A DNA stretch of 64,000 bases from the human T2T-CHM13v2.0 reference genome, Homo sapiens (GCF_009914755.1 NC_060928.1); one strand, 5' to 3'. Counted from the first letter of the stretch, positions 29,340-47,094 are shown. The notes: generated by a model from the sequence alone, not told the origin. Numbers and translations: made by a program.

Positions 29340-29900
29340 CAACATAATAGATGTAGAAAAAGCATTTAATAAAATTCAACAGCCCTTCATGATAAAGGTT
29401 TCAACATATTTGGTATAGAAGGAATGTACCTCAACACAATCAAGGCCATATATAACAAACTCACAACCAAATATTTTAATGGGGAAACGTTGAAAGCCTT
29501 TCCTCTAAAATATGGAACAAGACAATGATGCCCCCTTTCATCACTTCTATTCAACATGGTACTGGAAGTCCTACCTAGAGCAATTAGGAAAGATAGGGAA
29601 AGAAAAGGCATTCAAGTTGGAAAGGAATAAATAAAATTGCCTCTGTTGGCAGGTGACATGATCTTATATATAGAAAATCCCTAAAGACACCAACAAACAT
29701 GGTTAGATCTAATAAATGAATTCAGTAAAGTTGTAGTATACAAAGTCAACAAACAAAAATTGGTAGCATTTCTATACACTAATAGCAAACGGTCTGAAAA
29801 AGAAATCAAGAAAATATTCCCATTTGTAGCAGCTACAAAATAAAAGACCCTTAGAACCAAATTTAACCAAAGAGGTGAAAGTTCTCTATACTGCAACAAG
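29340..29900 (+). mobile_element. L1MA ORF2 (RT region) fragment
   Basis: gatgtagaaaaagcatttaataaaattcaacag...ggcaggtgacatgatcttatatatagaaaatccc, degenerate DAEKAF/FADD regions. Confidence 0.8.
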
Positions 29901-30975
29901 AGTTCTATCACTTGTCAAATCTTCTCTTATTTCCATTTGTTAACCAAAATAGTTTTATGTTTTCATCTGTTTATTTATTCAATAGTACGCAATCCCTAGG
30001 AAGTCTGTTATTACCAAAGACAAGAAACCGGAAATCTATTGAACGTTTGTTAGTGTGACTTTAATTCAAGTAGAACATTTGATTTATTAGTCATAAATAC
30101 ATGGTAGTTAGACATAATTTGATAGCTTTTCTATAGTATTTTGTGTCTTTTGTAGTCCAACACAGAAGTCATCACATAAATCCATTAGAATAAATTCAGA
30201 GAAGTATTTTATGTATTTTCTCCAATTAATATTTAAGAAAACTATTATTAAACAGATAATATACAAGAAGGTAGGTTACATCCTCTAGTATATGCCAGTT
30301 CAAGTAAGCAAATCTGTACCTGAAAGGTACTTAGGTGAATATCAATAGCAAAGATGACAAAAATAATAGACTTCCCACTTACAGAGCAATTAACATGTGA
30401 CAGTTCTAAGTGCTTTACATGCATTAACTCAAATAACTATGTAGCAGAATGTTATAGTTTATAGCGATATTCAAAATATTTAATAATCTCTATGGTTCAT
30501 GGAAGAAGCTGCAGTTTCTGCAGGCATATTGGTAACTCTGATTGATTTAGGCCAGAAGATGGTGCTCATAGACTCTCTGAGTTCAGAAGGACACTGAGGC
30601 TTTTGCCCTCTTGAGTGTTTTGAGTGTTATTATTAGCATTACCACCAGGCATGGAATCAACCTCAAAGTCTCCAAGCCTGACCGAAAGAGGTACCTGTGT
30701 TTGCAAACATTCTCAACCTGGGTGCCACCAGTTAAGTGTCAATCTCTTAACCCCTCACACACTAGGACAGGATAGCTGAACAGGGGAGCCTCAGGAGGCC
30801 CATACAGTTATAATTTGCCAACAAATATACTACAAAATTACACAGATTGGCCCCGCCATCCCAGTGAATACCATCAGACCATAAGTCCAGGTGATAAATG
30901 ATGTAAAAAATTTCACACAGTGTATATCAGTTCTGAGATAAAAAAGTTTATGTCAGATTATTTTCTTCTCAGGAA

Positions 30976-31165
30976 AATGCTTTAAAGAGATGGTATAAAT
31001 TGAGTATGAATTAGCAGATGTCTACAAGTTTTCTTTAGAAACAAATTGAGGAGAAAAGTCTTGTCTGAAACAGTAATGTAAGATAACATACACAGACAGA
31101 AAACATTAGACAAGTCCTGAAAATACAGAATTTGATTTTGACCTGAGAGGAAGTTATAGGACTTA
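30976..31165 (+). repeat. 190-bp local duplication, donor copy (second copy at 33601-33790)
   Basis: Manual alignment: about 11 substitutions, no indels. Confidence 0.95.
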
Positions 31166-33168
31166 GGAGAAGTATGGCTAGAAGCGTTAGTTGACTCTAA
31201 ATTGCAGAAAATGTATAAGTCTTACATAAATAAATCAAAATGTATTTGTAAGGCGGTAGGGAGTCATTAGAGGCAATTGGGATGAGGAGTTCCCTTATTA
31301 CCACATTTCTTATGGAGATAATTTGGCCCTAGGATGTAAGGAGGGTTGAAATCTAGAGAAATTAATGTAACAGAGATCATTTCTAACAATAGCCACAAAA
31401 ATAAGGCAGACTGGTAAGAATAGAAGAAAAGGTATAGATTCAAGAGATGTTGGGAAAATAATTTCTACTAGCAATTCTGAACTACTTTCATGAGTTTGCT
31501 CTAGCATCTACTGAGAAGAGTAAGATAAAGACAAATCAAGCAGCCTTCAGGCTGTTATCTATCCCCTTTCAACTAGAATCAACTTCTCTATCATCCATCT
31601 CCTGGGGTTCTCAAATATAATTCCCGGGTTATATTTTACATACTCTTGTTAAAATCTTCTTCAAAATTATAAGAGTAAAGATCTACTTGGAAAAATAACA
31701 GCTGTCTGATACACATATACACATACATACATGTGAATAATATTTACATTGCACATTAGTATTGTATAAGAATTTGGGAACTTATTAAATGAAAAAGAAT
31801 AAAACAGTGGCTGGTAAAGTTGGATGAACAGGAACAGCTCTGGTCTGCAGCTCCCAGCGAGATCAACGCAGAAGGCAGGTGATTTCTGCATTTCCAACTG
31901 AGGTACCTGGCTCATCTCACTGGGACTGGTTATACAGTGGATGCAGCCCACAGAGGGTGAGCCAAAGCAGGGTGAGGTGTCACCTCACCTGGGAAGCATA
32001 GGGGCTTGGGGAACTCCCTCTCCTAGCCAAGGAAAGCTGTGAGGGACTGTGCCATGAGGGACAGTGCTATCCGGTCCAGATACTACACTTTTCCCAGAGT
32101 GTTCACAACCTGCAGACCGGGAGATTCCCTCAGGTGCCTACACCACAAGGGACCTGGGTTTCAAGCACAAAACTGTGCAGAAATTTGAGTAGACACTGAG
32201 CTAGCTGCAGGAGTTTTTTTTCTTTTTTTTTTTCATACCTGAGTGGCACCTGAAACACCAGCAAGACAGAGCCATTCACTCCCCTGAAAAGGGGGCTGAC
32301 GTCAGGGACCCAAGTGGTCTAACTTAGCAGATCCCATCCCCATGGAGCCCAGCAGGCTAAGATCTACTGGATTGAAATTATCGCTGCCAGCACAGCAGTC
32401 TGAAGTTGACCTGGGACTCTGGAGCTTGGTGGAGGAAGGGGCGTCCACCATTACTGAGGCTTGAGTAGACAGTTTTTCTCTCACAGTGTAAACAAAGTTC
32501 GGGAAGTTCGACAGGAAGTTTGAATTGGGGGGAGCCCACTGCAGCTCAACAAAGCTGCTTTAGCCAAACTGCCTCTCTAGATTCCTCCTCTCTGGGCAGG
32601 CCATCTCTGAAAGAAAGGCAGAAGCCCCATTCAGGGGCTTACAGATAAAACTCCCATTTCCCTGGGATAGAGCAACTGGGGGAAGGGGTGGCTGTGGGCC
32701 CAGTTCAGCAGAGCTAAATGTTCCTGCCTGTTGGCTTTGAAGAAAGCAGCAGATATCCCAGCATAGTAATCGAGCTCTGCTAAGGGACAGAGTGCCTCCT
32801 CAAGTGGGTCCTTGATCCCCGTGCCTCCTGACTGGGAGACACCTCCAAGCAGGGGTCAACAGACACCTCATACAGGGGAGATCTGGCTGGCATCTGGCAG
32901 GTGCCCCTCTGGGATGAAGCTTCCTGAGGAAGGAACAGGCAGCAATCTTTGCTGATCTGCAGCCTCTGCTGGTGACACCCAGGCAAACAGGGTCTGAAGT
33001 GGACCTCCAGGAAACTCCAACAGACCTGCAGCAGAGGGACCTGACTGTTAGAAGGAAAACTAACAAGTAGAAAGAAATAACATCAACATCAACAAAAAGA
33101 ACGTCAAAACAAAAAACCCAACCGAAGGTCACCAGCATCAAAGACCAAAGGTAGATAAATCCATGAAG

Positions 33169-34381
33169 ATGAGGAAAAAAACAACACAAAAAGGCTGAAA
33201 ATTCCAAAAGCCAGAATGCCTCTTCTCCTCCAAAGGATCACAACTCCTCCTTAGCAAAGGAACAAAACTGAATGGAGAATGAATTTGATGATTTGACAGA
33301 AGTAGGCTTCAGAAGCTGGGTAATAACAAACTCCACCGAGCTAAAGGAGCATGCTCTAAACCACTGCGAGGAAGCTAAGAACCTTGAAAAAAGTTAGAGG
33401 AATTACTAACTAGAATATCCAGTTTAGAGAAGAACATAAATGACCTAATAGAGCTGAAAAACACAGCAAGAGAACTTCATGAAGCATACACAAGTATCAA
33501 TAGCTGAATCGATCAAGTGGAAAAAAGGATATCAGTGATCGAAGGTCAGCTTAATGAAATAAAGAATGAAGACAAGAATAGAGAAAAAATAATGAAAAGG
33601 AATGCTTTAAAGAGATGGTATAAATTGAGTATGAATTAGCAGATGTTTACAAGTTTTCTTTAGAAACAAATTTAGGAGAATAGTCTAGTCTGAAATAGTA
33701 ACAGAAGATAACATACACACAAAGAGAACATTAGACAAGTCCTGAAAATACAGAATTTGATTTTGACCTGAGAGGAAGTTATAGGACTTATGATAAGATC
33801 TCCAAGAAATATAGGACTATGTGAAAAGACCAAACCTACATTTGACTGGTGTACGTGAAAGTGACTGGAAGAATGGAACCAAGCTGAAAAACACTCTTCA
33901 GCATATTCTCAAGGAGAACTTCCACAACCTAGTAAGACAGACCAATATTCAAATTCAGGAAATAAAGAGAATGCCACAAAGATATTCCTCGAGAAGAGCA
34001 ACCCCCAGACACAGAATTATCAGATTCACCAAGGTTGAAATGAAGGAAAAAATGATAAAGGCAGCCAGAGAGAAAGGTCTGGTTACCCACAAAGGGAAGC
34101 CCCTCAGACTAATAGCAGATCTTTCTGCAGAAACCCTACAAGCAAGAATAGAGTGGGGGCCAATATTCAACATTCTGAAATAAAAGATTTTTCAATCTAG
34201 AATTTCATATCTAGCCAAACTAAACTTCATAAGTGAAGGAGAAATATAATCCTTTACAGACAAGTGAATGCTGAGAGATTTTGTCACCACTAGGCCTGCC
34301 TTATAAGAGCTCCTGAAGGAAGCACTAAATATGGAAAGGAAAAACTGGTACCATCCACTGCAAAAACATACCAAGTTGTAA
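33169..34381 (+). pseudogene. L1 ORF1p pseudo-ORF (stops, frameshifts and a 190-bp foreign insert)
   Basis: ORF 33821-34183 (KRPNLHLTGV...YSSRRATPRHRIIRFTKVEMKEK...EWGPIFNILK) is ORF1p. Confidence 0.9.
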
Positions 34382-34444
34382 AGATCACTGACACTATGAA
34401 GAAACTGCATCAACTAACGGGCAAAATAACCAGCTAGTATCATA

Positions 34445-38278
<3,834 letters not shown>

Positions 38279-39641
38279 ACAATGAGAACACATGGACACA
38301 GGGAGAGGGAGAGGAGCATCACACACTGGGGCCTGTTGGTGGGTGGGGGACTAGGGAAGGGATAGCATTAGGAGAAATACCTAATGTAGATTACGGGTTG
38401 ATGATTGTGGGAAACCGCCATGGCACGTGTATACCTATATAACAAACCTACATGTTCTACCCATGTATCTGAGAACTTTATAATAATAAAAAAAAGAGTA
38501 AGACAGAGGATGAAAAAGTGTTGGAAATCAAATGAAAAACAACATGATTGAGAAAATTATGAAAAAACAAATTACAGAATTTAGGAGGAAAAACTAGCTA
38601 ATGAGGGAAAAGTTATTATTGATTTGGGATATATCAGGTTTATGGTGCTTCAAGGAAGCACACAACATGGGTAAGATATTAGAGCTGAATATATGAAATT
38701 GGTCATTATTCCTTTTTGAAATGACACATGAAATCATGACAGCATAAATTTGTCCAGGGATAAAAAAAAACAGATAGGAAAAGGAAAGGTGTCCCAACGC
38801 AGAACAGAACTTTAATCTAACACTTACAACTTCAGTTGAGTCCAAGCAGGACAGATAGGAAAAATTGAAAGACAGAAACCATCAGTGCCACAGAGGAACA
38901 ACATCTAGACTACTTAGTATGGAGTTCCGTGAAGGTTTTTAAGTTGGTGAGAGGTTCTCCGTAGTGTTAATACTATGTGATAAAGATAGAGTAACCTTTA
39001 AAAGTGGTGATGGATTTAGTTTTTAAAATATTAGTTTCAGTCAGATGATGTGTGAAGATCATTAAGGTGGCCAAGTAACAAGAGCAGGGTCAGGGAGAGG
39101 TCGCAAAGATTACTATTTCAGGACATTTAACACAAAAAGGCAAGAGAAAAAAAAAAGATTTCAACGAGTCTGTAAGATATTTAAAACAACATTGTGTGTG
39201 TGTTGTCGTCGTTGTTTTAAAGACCAGAGGATATATCGGTATACATTCCTAGCCTATAGGTATTACTAATATAGAGGGAGAGGAAGAGAAATAAAAGATG
39301 GAGCACATTTAAAGGAATAATTGATTGAGCAAGATCTCTAGAGTTTGGAAAAGCTTAGGATATAGAGCACACAAGAAGGGTTACTTTTAGCAAATAAAAC
39401 AAAAAACCCTAGATGTAATGGAGGTACATAATGTTTCACATGTAGGCATCATTTTCAGTAAATGGGAAGAGAACATGTGTTGAGAGCATAAAAGGACAAT
39501 AAGGCAGGGTTAGAAATTTGTAAAATTGGCAATGTTTTGAAGATCCACTGTTTAATAAAAAATAAATAATTTAAATTTGAATAAAAAGATTACTTTTTAT
39601 TGAGTAATCTGTACATTACCCTAGAACTGAGGATATAGTTA

Positions 39642-40270
39642 TATCAGGTAGAAAACAAATCTAGACTGAAGTAAGGAAACACTTCACTTGAAAATACTAT
39701 TGCAGTAAGGGAAGAGGAACGGTTGCAGTAAGGACAAAAGTCTGACCATAAGATCATAGGGACTTTTCTTTTACGGGGAGTAGTAAACAAGGCTAGACAG
39801 AACCAGGTGTGGGGTGCTGGATGAGCAGATGGTGAGATCAGACATTTGAGGGAATGTTTTTCCCTGAGCTCAGATGATTCTCAGGAGGGGCCATTAAGGA
39901 GAGATGATGCCACATTCAAATGCCTGCCCGAGGTGGGTCAAGGTTAGGGGCCTATGGGGAAAGAGGACATCTGACTAAATTTTGGTCAAGACAAGTTACA
40001 GAGCATTTTGTCCAGATGGCTCACTGGGACAAACTGTTCAGCTAATCGTTTATGAGAAAAATAATGACATTGCTGGGGGTGGGGGGTGTTGTGTCTGTGT
40101 CTGTCCCTGTCACAGGCTAACCAGGGTATCATCTGAGAGTCTAATCTAAGTCATATGGGGAAGAATGTCTCTTTGCAAAAAGCTGTTTCCAGACACAAAA
40201 CGGTGAAAGAATTTCTTAACTGTTTCTGTTTTCCAGGAGCACAGGACTGAGGTAAAGTTCAACATTGTCG
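39642..40270 (-). mobile_element. MER67-like ERV1 solo LTR
   Basis: Right end reads cgacaatgttgaactttacctcagtcctgtgctcctggaaaac on the minus strand; 4-bp TSD gtta/gtta. Confidence 0.7.
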
Positions 40271-40843
40271 GTTATCGTTGTTTCTGCTTAAGTCTCTCAA
40301 ATGTCACTGAATTAACCAAAAGGAATGGAGAAAATGAGAATCGCGTAGTGTTGGAGAATGGCAAAATTAAAGTAATGTACATTCAGATGGGCCCAAGTTT
40401 TTCCACTGTTGTTAAGTGGTTATAACTGAATGGCCCCCTTTAGGGACAATGATAGAGAATAGGTTTTATCCCGAATGAAAGCAATCTCCACCATTATATA
40501 AGCCTTGCATATTAATTATTTAAATTCAGTTCGTGTGAATGTGCATATATGTGTGTGTCAAAGTCAAAGCTAATTTTAATTGAATTTTTCTCAATTTTAT
40601 TCTGCAGCAGTGGAAGATCTAGTCATTCAAAGCACATATCAACTGTCAGTGGTAGATAAAATTAAGTTGCTCTCTGACTGCAGCCTGAGATTCATGTGTC
40701 TTTAATGTAACTGTTATAGGCTTCAGTTTTGGACATTGATCAGGATTTGTCAATATTGTCAATACGGGGATTAGAGAGATGACTGCACGGTGATACATGT
40801 AAGTAACTGAATGTAGCAAAGGACATAATTTAATCAGTGATGG

Positions 40844-41270
40844 TGTATCAGTCAGTGTCCAAAGATAAATGAGATAGTATACTCTTGGGTAATATGAAGC
40901 TATTTTAATGAAAGGGAGATTTACAAAGTTGGGGTCACAGTGAAGGAACATTCTGAATTACACTTAAGCCTAAATAGATCAGGAAAAATAAAATTGTTTT
41001 TGGAACTTGAAGATAGAGCTATTGAGTGGAAAGCTCACCTAGCCATACCTATGATAGAGCTAACTAGAGGGGACACGCCTGGAGTAGAGAAACAGGGAAA
41101 TAAACTACTTCACCTCCTTCTCCTCCATCTTTCACTAACCTAGCATGCTTTTTATCCTGTAACCCAACCAGAAGCTAGAGAGTAAGAATATCCATTGATG
41201 ACCCCATATCCTGGCACACAGTAGACTACATAAAGGTAAGAGTGGATCTAGAAGTACAAGTAAAAGACTT
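40844..41270 (-). mobile_element. LTR33-like ERVL LTR
   Basis: tgtatcagtcagtgtcc...aacccaaccagaagctagag...gagtggatctagaag. Confidence 0.55.
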
Positions 41271-41409
41271 ACAACTTTGAGGGAACCCGGAGTTAGGATT
41301 GGATAAATGACTAACTGAGCTTTTGTTTGTTTGTTAAATATGAGAATCACATGACTTCAAGTTGAACGTGCTATCTGATTCACTCCAATGCAGTATCACC
41401 AAACTTTTC

Positions 41410-41704
41410 ATTTTATTTTATTTATTTATTTAGAGACAGAGTCTCATTCTGTCACCCAGGCTGGAGTGCAGTGGTGCAATGTCGGCTCACTGCAACCTCT
41501 GCCTCCTGGGTTCAAGTGATTCTCGTTCCTAAGTCTCCCAAGTAGCTGGGACTACAGGTGCACACCACTATGCCTGGCTAATTTTGTATTATTAGTAGAG
41601 ATGAGGTTTCACCATATTGGCTAGGCTGGTCCCAAACTCCTGACCTCAAGTGATTCACCTGTCTCAGCCTCCCAGAGTGCTGGGATTTACAGGCATGAGC
41701 CACC
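41410..41704 (-). mobile_element. AluS (Sx/Sz-like)
   Basis: gagacagagtctcattctgtcacccaggc...cctgacctcaagtgattcacc; TSD tcaccaaact(t/c)tt. Confidence 0.92.
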
Positions 41705-44029
41705 TCACCAAACTCTTTAGAAGGACCCACATGAAGACAGAAAACTTTGCGATATCATTTGCAACCTAAGACCAAATTTTGGAAGAAATTCCCCCTAACC
41801 TCAAGGCAAATGGAGTGAGAATGAGGGAAACCTATCTCAGATTTTTCTCATTGTATACCAGGTTTTAAATACTGAAACTGAGAGAAAAATGAACATTCTG
41901 ACAGCCACTTTATCTGCTCTTATTTAAGGCATTCTAAGCCTATATCAAGCTAAAATATGCTCCTGTATCTCAAGGATATTATATTTTAAGAAATAGAATA
42001 TTAGTTTATTCCTTAATCTAAACTCTCCCTGTACATCTTTACAGTATTTCCTAGGAATATTTGAGATGTGAGGGTTTTGATTGCATAAGAGGGTGTCAGA
42101 GAGAGTATCAATCTGGACAAGTAAAGAAAGAAATGATTGTGAATTTATAATCAAAGGGACCATTAATATATTATTCCTTAGGATGAGGATTTGCTAATTA
42201 CATAGGACAACAGAATACAGGCTTAAGAGGAATCTACCTATGTTGTTTTATTTGAATATAGTTGGGTCAGTGAAGAGTTAATTACACGGGAGAAATAGCA
42301 ACAAAACGATGCTTGTTTAACGATTATTGACACTGATACAAATAGCTCAGTCTTTGAAAAAAATATAAAAGAAGCAAAGAAAACAAATACATAGGACGTT
42401 TTAATAGTTTAACGTGTCTAATGGAAAAATGTAAAATTAGTACCAAAATATGGAAAATAAAACTTTCCCAAAGCCCTGACAATATTCACAAAATTTAGTT
42501 TATAGTAGGTTCAAAGCAATGTCAAAGGTGAATAAAAATATTTAAATTATTTCACCATAATTCAAGAATATTAGCAAATAGTAACAAAACTACCTTCATA
42601 ATTTTTATATTTTGAAAACCTAATAAAAACTGGCAATGCATTTAGATGATATTTGGTAAATAAGAAAACAACATTTAGGAGAGAGACACAACTGTCATCA
42701 GAGAAAAAAATTATTTCTTAAAATGATTTGTCATAAATCAAAAATAGAGTAAATATGAGTGAAATAATTGACTTTAAGAATTAAAATAATCATAAAATAT
42801 ATGCTATGAAAACAAGAAATATATAAGTAACACAGCAAAAATAATGAATTAATATATAAATATTAACATCTAATGATAAAATGTTTTGTTCATGGTATGT
42901 ATATAAAGACAACATTTTATACAAGTCATGATCAAATTGAACAATATATCATGATTAAATTGAAAATTAAAAATACAAATTTTGTATGGAAATCCTAGAA
43001 GTGCAAAACTATTTTTTATTATAACAATATAATATTACAAACTATGAAAGTTTATGCATTCATATGTAGTATTATATTTTATTACATTTATTCTATTATG
43101 TTTGTAATTTGGTATATTTATCATACAAGCTACATTTTATTTTTCAACTTGCAGAAGATAACATTTAAAATAGTTTAAAATAACATTCGTTTAAGAATAG
43201 GCAAATTGGTATGTAGTTATACGAAATTCTTAAAAATGTGTCACAGGATACAATTCCCATTCTTTAAAACAAATCTCAAGATGAAAAATGTTTCTATTTT
43301 ATTCCTGCTGCTGTTATGTTTATTAATTTCTGGTGATACTGTAGTTTTTATTAGTAGTGTTACTTTATGTTCTATTTTTCACTGGAATTCTTCATGGAAA
43401 ATAATGCAGCAGAAGTTCTTATTCCTTCGAAGTATAAATGTATACAGAAGTACGTGACCAATGAAAGTTTCCTAGTTTTTATCATGGAGAGGCACACTCA
43501 TTTCTTGTCTTTAAAATGTTTTTCTCTACCCATCTATCTTTCATGAATAAATGTGAGAGTTTAGCCATCCATCTTTCTTTTTATTAACAACACTGCCCCT
43601 GAAATGCTAGATATTTCTATTACCTTTAGTCTTTCATACTATTTAGTTGCAAAGTTTTAAGTCGTGCATTGGACTAAGGCAAGGCAATGGTTAAAAGTGT
43701 GGGTATCAGATGACGAGTGCAAGGAGCCAGATGAGATCCACGAGGATTTTATCTTACTTCTCCTCTTTGTTGCCATATTAATTTTCCTGAGAACAATTTT
43801 AATATATGTTTTATGATGAATACATTTCTATTTTCTCTGGAGGAAAGAACAAAGCTCCTGCAGTTCATTTTTAACCTGTATTTTGAACTTTATCTCTAGC
43901 ACTCATCTTTAAAACACAAACCCTCAAGCCAAGGTCAACTATTCACCATTTCTTTTTCTCTTTATATCCTTTTTTTTGGGGGGGCTATATATGTTCACTT
44001 TTTTTTCCAAGTGATGTCCTTTTCCACCA

Positions 44030-44378
44030 TCTTCCTTTGTCCAAAAACGTGATGTTTCTGAAGTTCTATTTAAATATAACACCTTTTCTAAAGTCTTTCC
44101 AAGCAGGTGCTCCATTTAGGAAAGCAAACATACCAACAAGCAAATCTCTCTCATATACATCCCGCTCCCAGGACTTTATCCACAAATGTCTTAGTTCAAT
44201 TAGCACTTAACGCTTTTATGTTATATTTTGCTGCTCATATGCATGCCTTTCTACGAAGCACAAAGAACCTACTTGAACTTTATTTACATTCTTTTCAGTT
44301 ATTATAAATAACTGTTATAGTGAAATCATACTAACACAAATAGTAAATAGCAAATATTTGTTAAATAAATGAATAATG
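44030..44378 (+). mobile_element. L2 3' end remnant
   Basis: ...tagtaaatagcaaatatttgttaaataaatgaat, typical L2 terminus. Confidence 0.5.
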
Positions 44379-45539
44379 TAATTAATTGCATGGTGGGCTC
44401 TTAAGGAACTCGAGGCTATTTCATAAATGATATTGTCAATTCACTGGGGACAAATTGCTCTTTAAATGCTGCCAACATTTCTTTCTGTGCAGCAAGAGAT
44501 TGAATTTGCCTCTGCTTCAACAGGCCACTTGCCTATGCAAATGTAAAGCTCAAATATTATTCTGAAGTAAAGAGCTCTACTGCTCTACATTACACATGAT
44601 ATAATGTAAAGTATTGTTTTGTGTGTGTGTGTTTTTTTAGGGGGCCTGAGTCCCAAGGAAGAGACCTGAGAAGTTATTGGGTGGAATAGCAAAATAAGAG
44701 AATTTTTTTTCTCTCTGTTCTTGGGCTGGGGTGGTAGGCAGGTGGGATTTGGCTACGTGGAATCCAGAAGGATTGAACATGAGAATGTTCCTATCCATGA
44801 GATATAAATTATCCCCTGAACTAAGTGTCAATAATAAAAGAGATACTTGGTTGGATTCCTTAGAGTATAAGACATGGCTAAAGGAATGCAGGAGCAGTGT
44901 CTTCTGTAAAGTGATTTTAAGTTATCCTGTCACCAAGATTAAGCCAAAAATAGAAGGAATCAAGAGAATATACTGTTCTTTACATTGTTTAAATTATCAT
45001 ATCACAATTTCTCTCAACTCAGAGTCATTAAAAGTCTGAGATCTCTATTGATGTTCTCAGATGCATCCTGCTCCAGGAAACTAATAATTTGTTAATCCAT
45101 TGACTTTCTTATTTGACTTTGACTTATGAAGTCTTAGAAATAAATTTTGGATTTAAATACCAGAACTATCCAAAGCTAAGTCTTTTTTCTTGCCTTATTA
45201 TTTAATAATTTCCTTTACATTGTAGCTAATTATTTTGATGCCTTGATGAGAAATTTTTAAGTATTAGAATACATAAAATAAGTTTTCTGAATATGCCACT
45301 TCTAATATTTTTTAAGAGGATAGGTAGTTTGTAAACAAACCTATAGATATACCTATATATAGTATAGATATTTATTTGCACATACTATTTTGTTTGGATC
45401 TTAAGGTCTTTCTATATACTATTTTGTTTAGATCTTAAGGTCATCAAAGGCAAAGACAATACCCAATATGATAATTCCTATGAATTGTCTTGCAATAATG
45501 AATTGCTAGAAAATGTTCTGACTTTTTTCTTTCTTTCAG

Positions 45540-46520
45540 TCATTACATCTAATTTTTCAAGGAGTCTTGTAGAATCTATCTGAAAAGCTTCTCTTGAACA
45601 TGTCTGCTGTTTTCTCATTCTCATTATTCTTGCCCTAGTTAAGGCACTATTATCTATATCTAGAATACTTAAAGAGTTTCCTAAAATCTCCTCTCAAATT
45701 TTCATTCCCCAATAATCCCTTATCCTCATGATAGTCAAAACAATCATTTTAAAACATAAATCGTATCATATAACTCACTTCTTTAAGACCAGGTATGTTT
45801 TCACATTGCATTTGAAATCAAATGATGACTCTTTACTTTGGCTTTTAGCATTAGGAGATATACCTAATGTAAATGACAAGTTGATGGGTGCAGCAAACCA
45901 ACATGGCACATGTATACCTATGTAACAAACCTGCATGTTGTGCACATGTACCCTAGGACTTAAAGTATAATAAAAATAAAGAAAGAAAGAAACAAACAGG
46001 GAAAAAACAAACAAACAAATATGGTTCCTTTAACTTTCTGTGGCTAGGCTTAGCATTCTTCTCCTGCTGGCCCTATAATATTCGTACCACCCAGGCGTTT
46101 TTAATTCCTTGAATTAAAAAGAACTAGGTAGAACACTTTGTTCTCCCTGGTTGACTTCCTTCTTCCTGCAATTATCTCCCCAACTTTCTGCAAGGTTGTT
46201 TTTTTCTTATTATTTATATCCTAATTTAAATGTAGCCCTCTTAAAAACTGTCTCCTTGGTCATCAAATCTAAAGCTGGCCACTCAAACACACACGTTGAT
46301 ATCACTAAATATTAATTATTATATTTAAGTTATTACTCTTTGATTTTTTCTTTGTGGATCCATCGATGCATACATTGACTCACCCATCTGTATATTTTCT
46401 TTCATGGATTCATTCATTTTATTATCATCACCCATCTAGAATTCAAGCTCGATGAATAAAGAAACTCCATTGATCTGTTCATTATTGTTATTACCTTGGC
46501 TTATATTGGTGTCTGGTGTT
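45540..46520 (+). mobile_element. L2 remnant interrupted by an L1PA stub
   Basis: aatcattttaaaacataaatcgtatcatataactc and tagaattcaagctcgatgaa...tctgttcattattg, L2 motifs. Confidence 0.55.
45846..46020 (+). mobile_element. Very short L1PA5/6-type 3' stub with degenerate A-rich tail
   Basis: tagcattaggagatatacctaatgtaaatgacaagttgatgggtgcagc...cttaaagtataataaaa. Confidence 0.9.
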
Positions 46521-46563
46521 TGTATTAGTCTGGATTCAGAGAAAGAGAATAAATATTCAAAAT

Positions 46564-46609
<46 letters not shown>

Positions 46610-47094
46610 ATAAGTGAAGGAATTGTCTCATATTATTATGCCAAATCCCAAGGTCTACAGGGTGAGTCAGCAAGCTGAGGGCCTAGGAAAGCCAATGGGG
46701 TAGCACCAGTCTGATCTGTAGGCCTCGGAACCAGAAGAGCAAGTGGTAGAATTCCAGTCTAAAGGCCAGCAAGCTCCTAACCCAGAAAGGGCCTGTGTTC
46801 CAGTTTGAGTCTGGAAACAGAACAAAAGCTGATGTCCTAATTCAAAGGTTACGAAGCAGGAAGAATTATCTTAACTGGAGGTAGGGTCAGAATTTTTGTT
46901 CTATTTCAGTCTTCAAATGATTGAAAGAGGCCCACTCATATTATCGAGGACAATTTGCTTTACTTAATCCACCAATTTAAATGTTGAATTTCATAAAATA
47001 AACACCCATACAGAAAATAACCAGAATAATGTTTGTCAAAGTATCTGGAAATCCCATGGCCAAATCAAGTTAACACCTAAAATTAGCCATCACA
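46521..47094 (-). mobile_element. MLT2 (ERVL) solo LTR with (CA)n(TA)n
   Basis: tgtattagtc...caagttaacacctaaaattagccatcaca; TSD gtgtt/gtatt; microsatellite at 46567-46608. Confidence 0.85.

Noticed and set aside
33601-33790. L1-mediated transduction or processed insertion as origin of the insert
   Set aside because: No poly(A) or TSD; the donor lies upstream of the target site and the copy sits inside ORF1.
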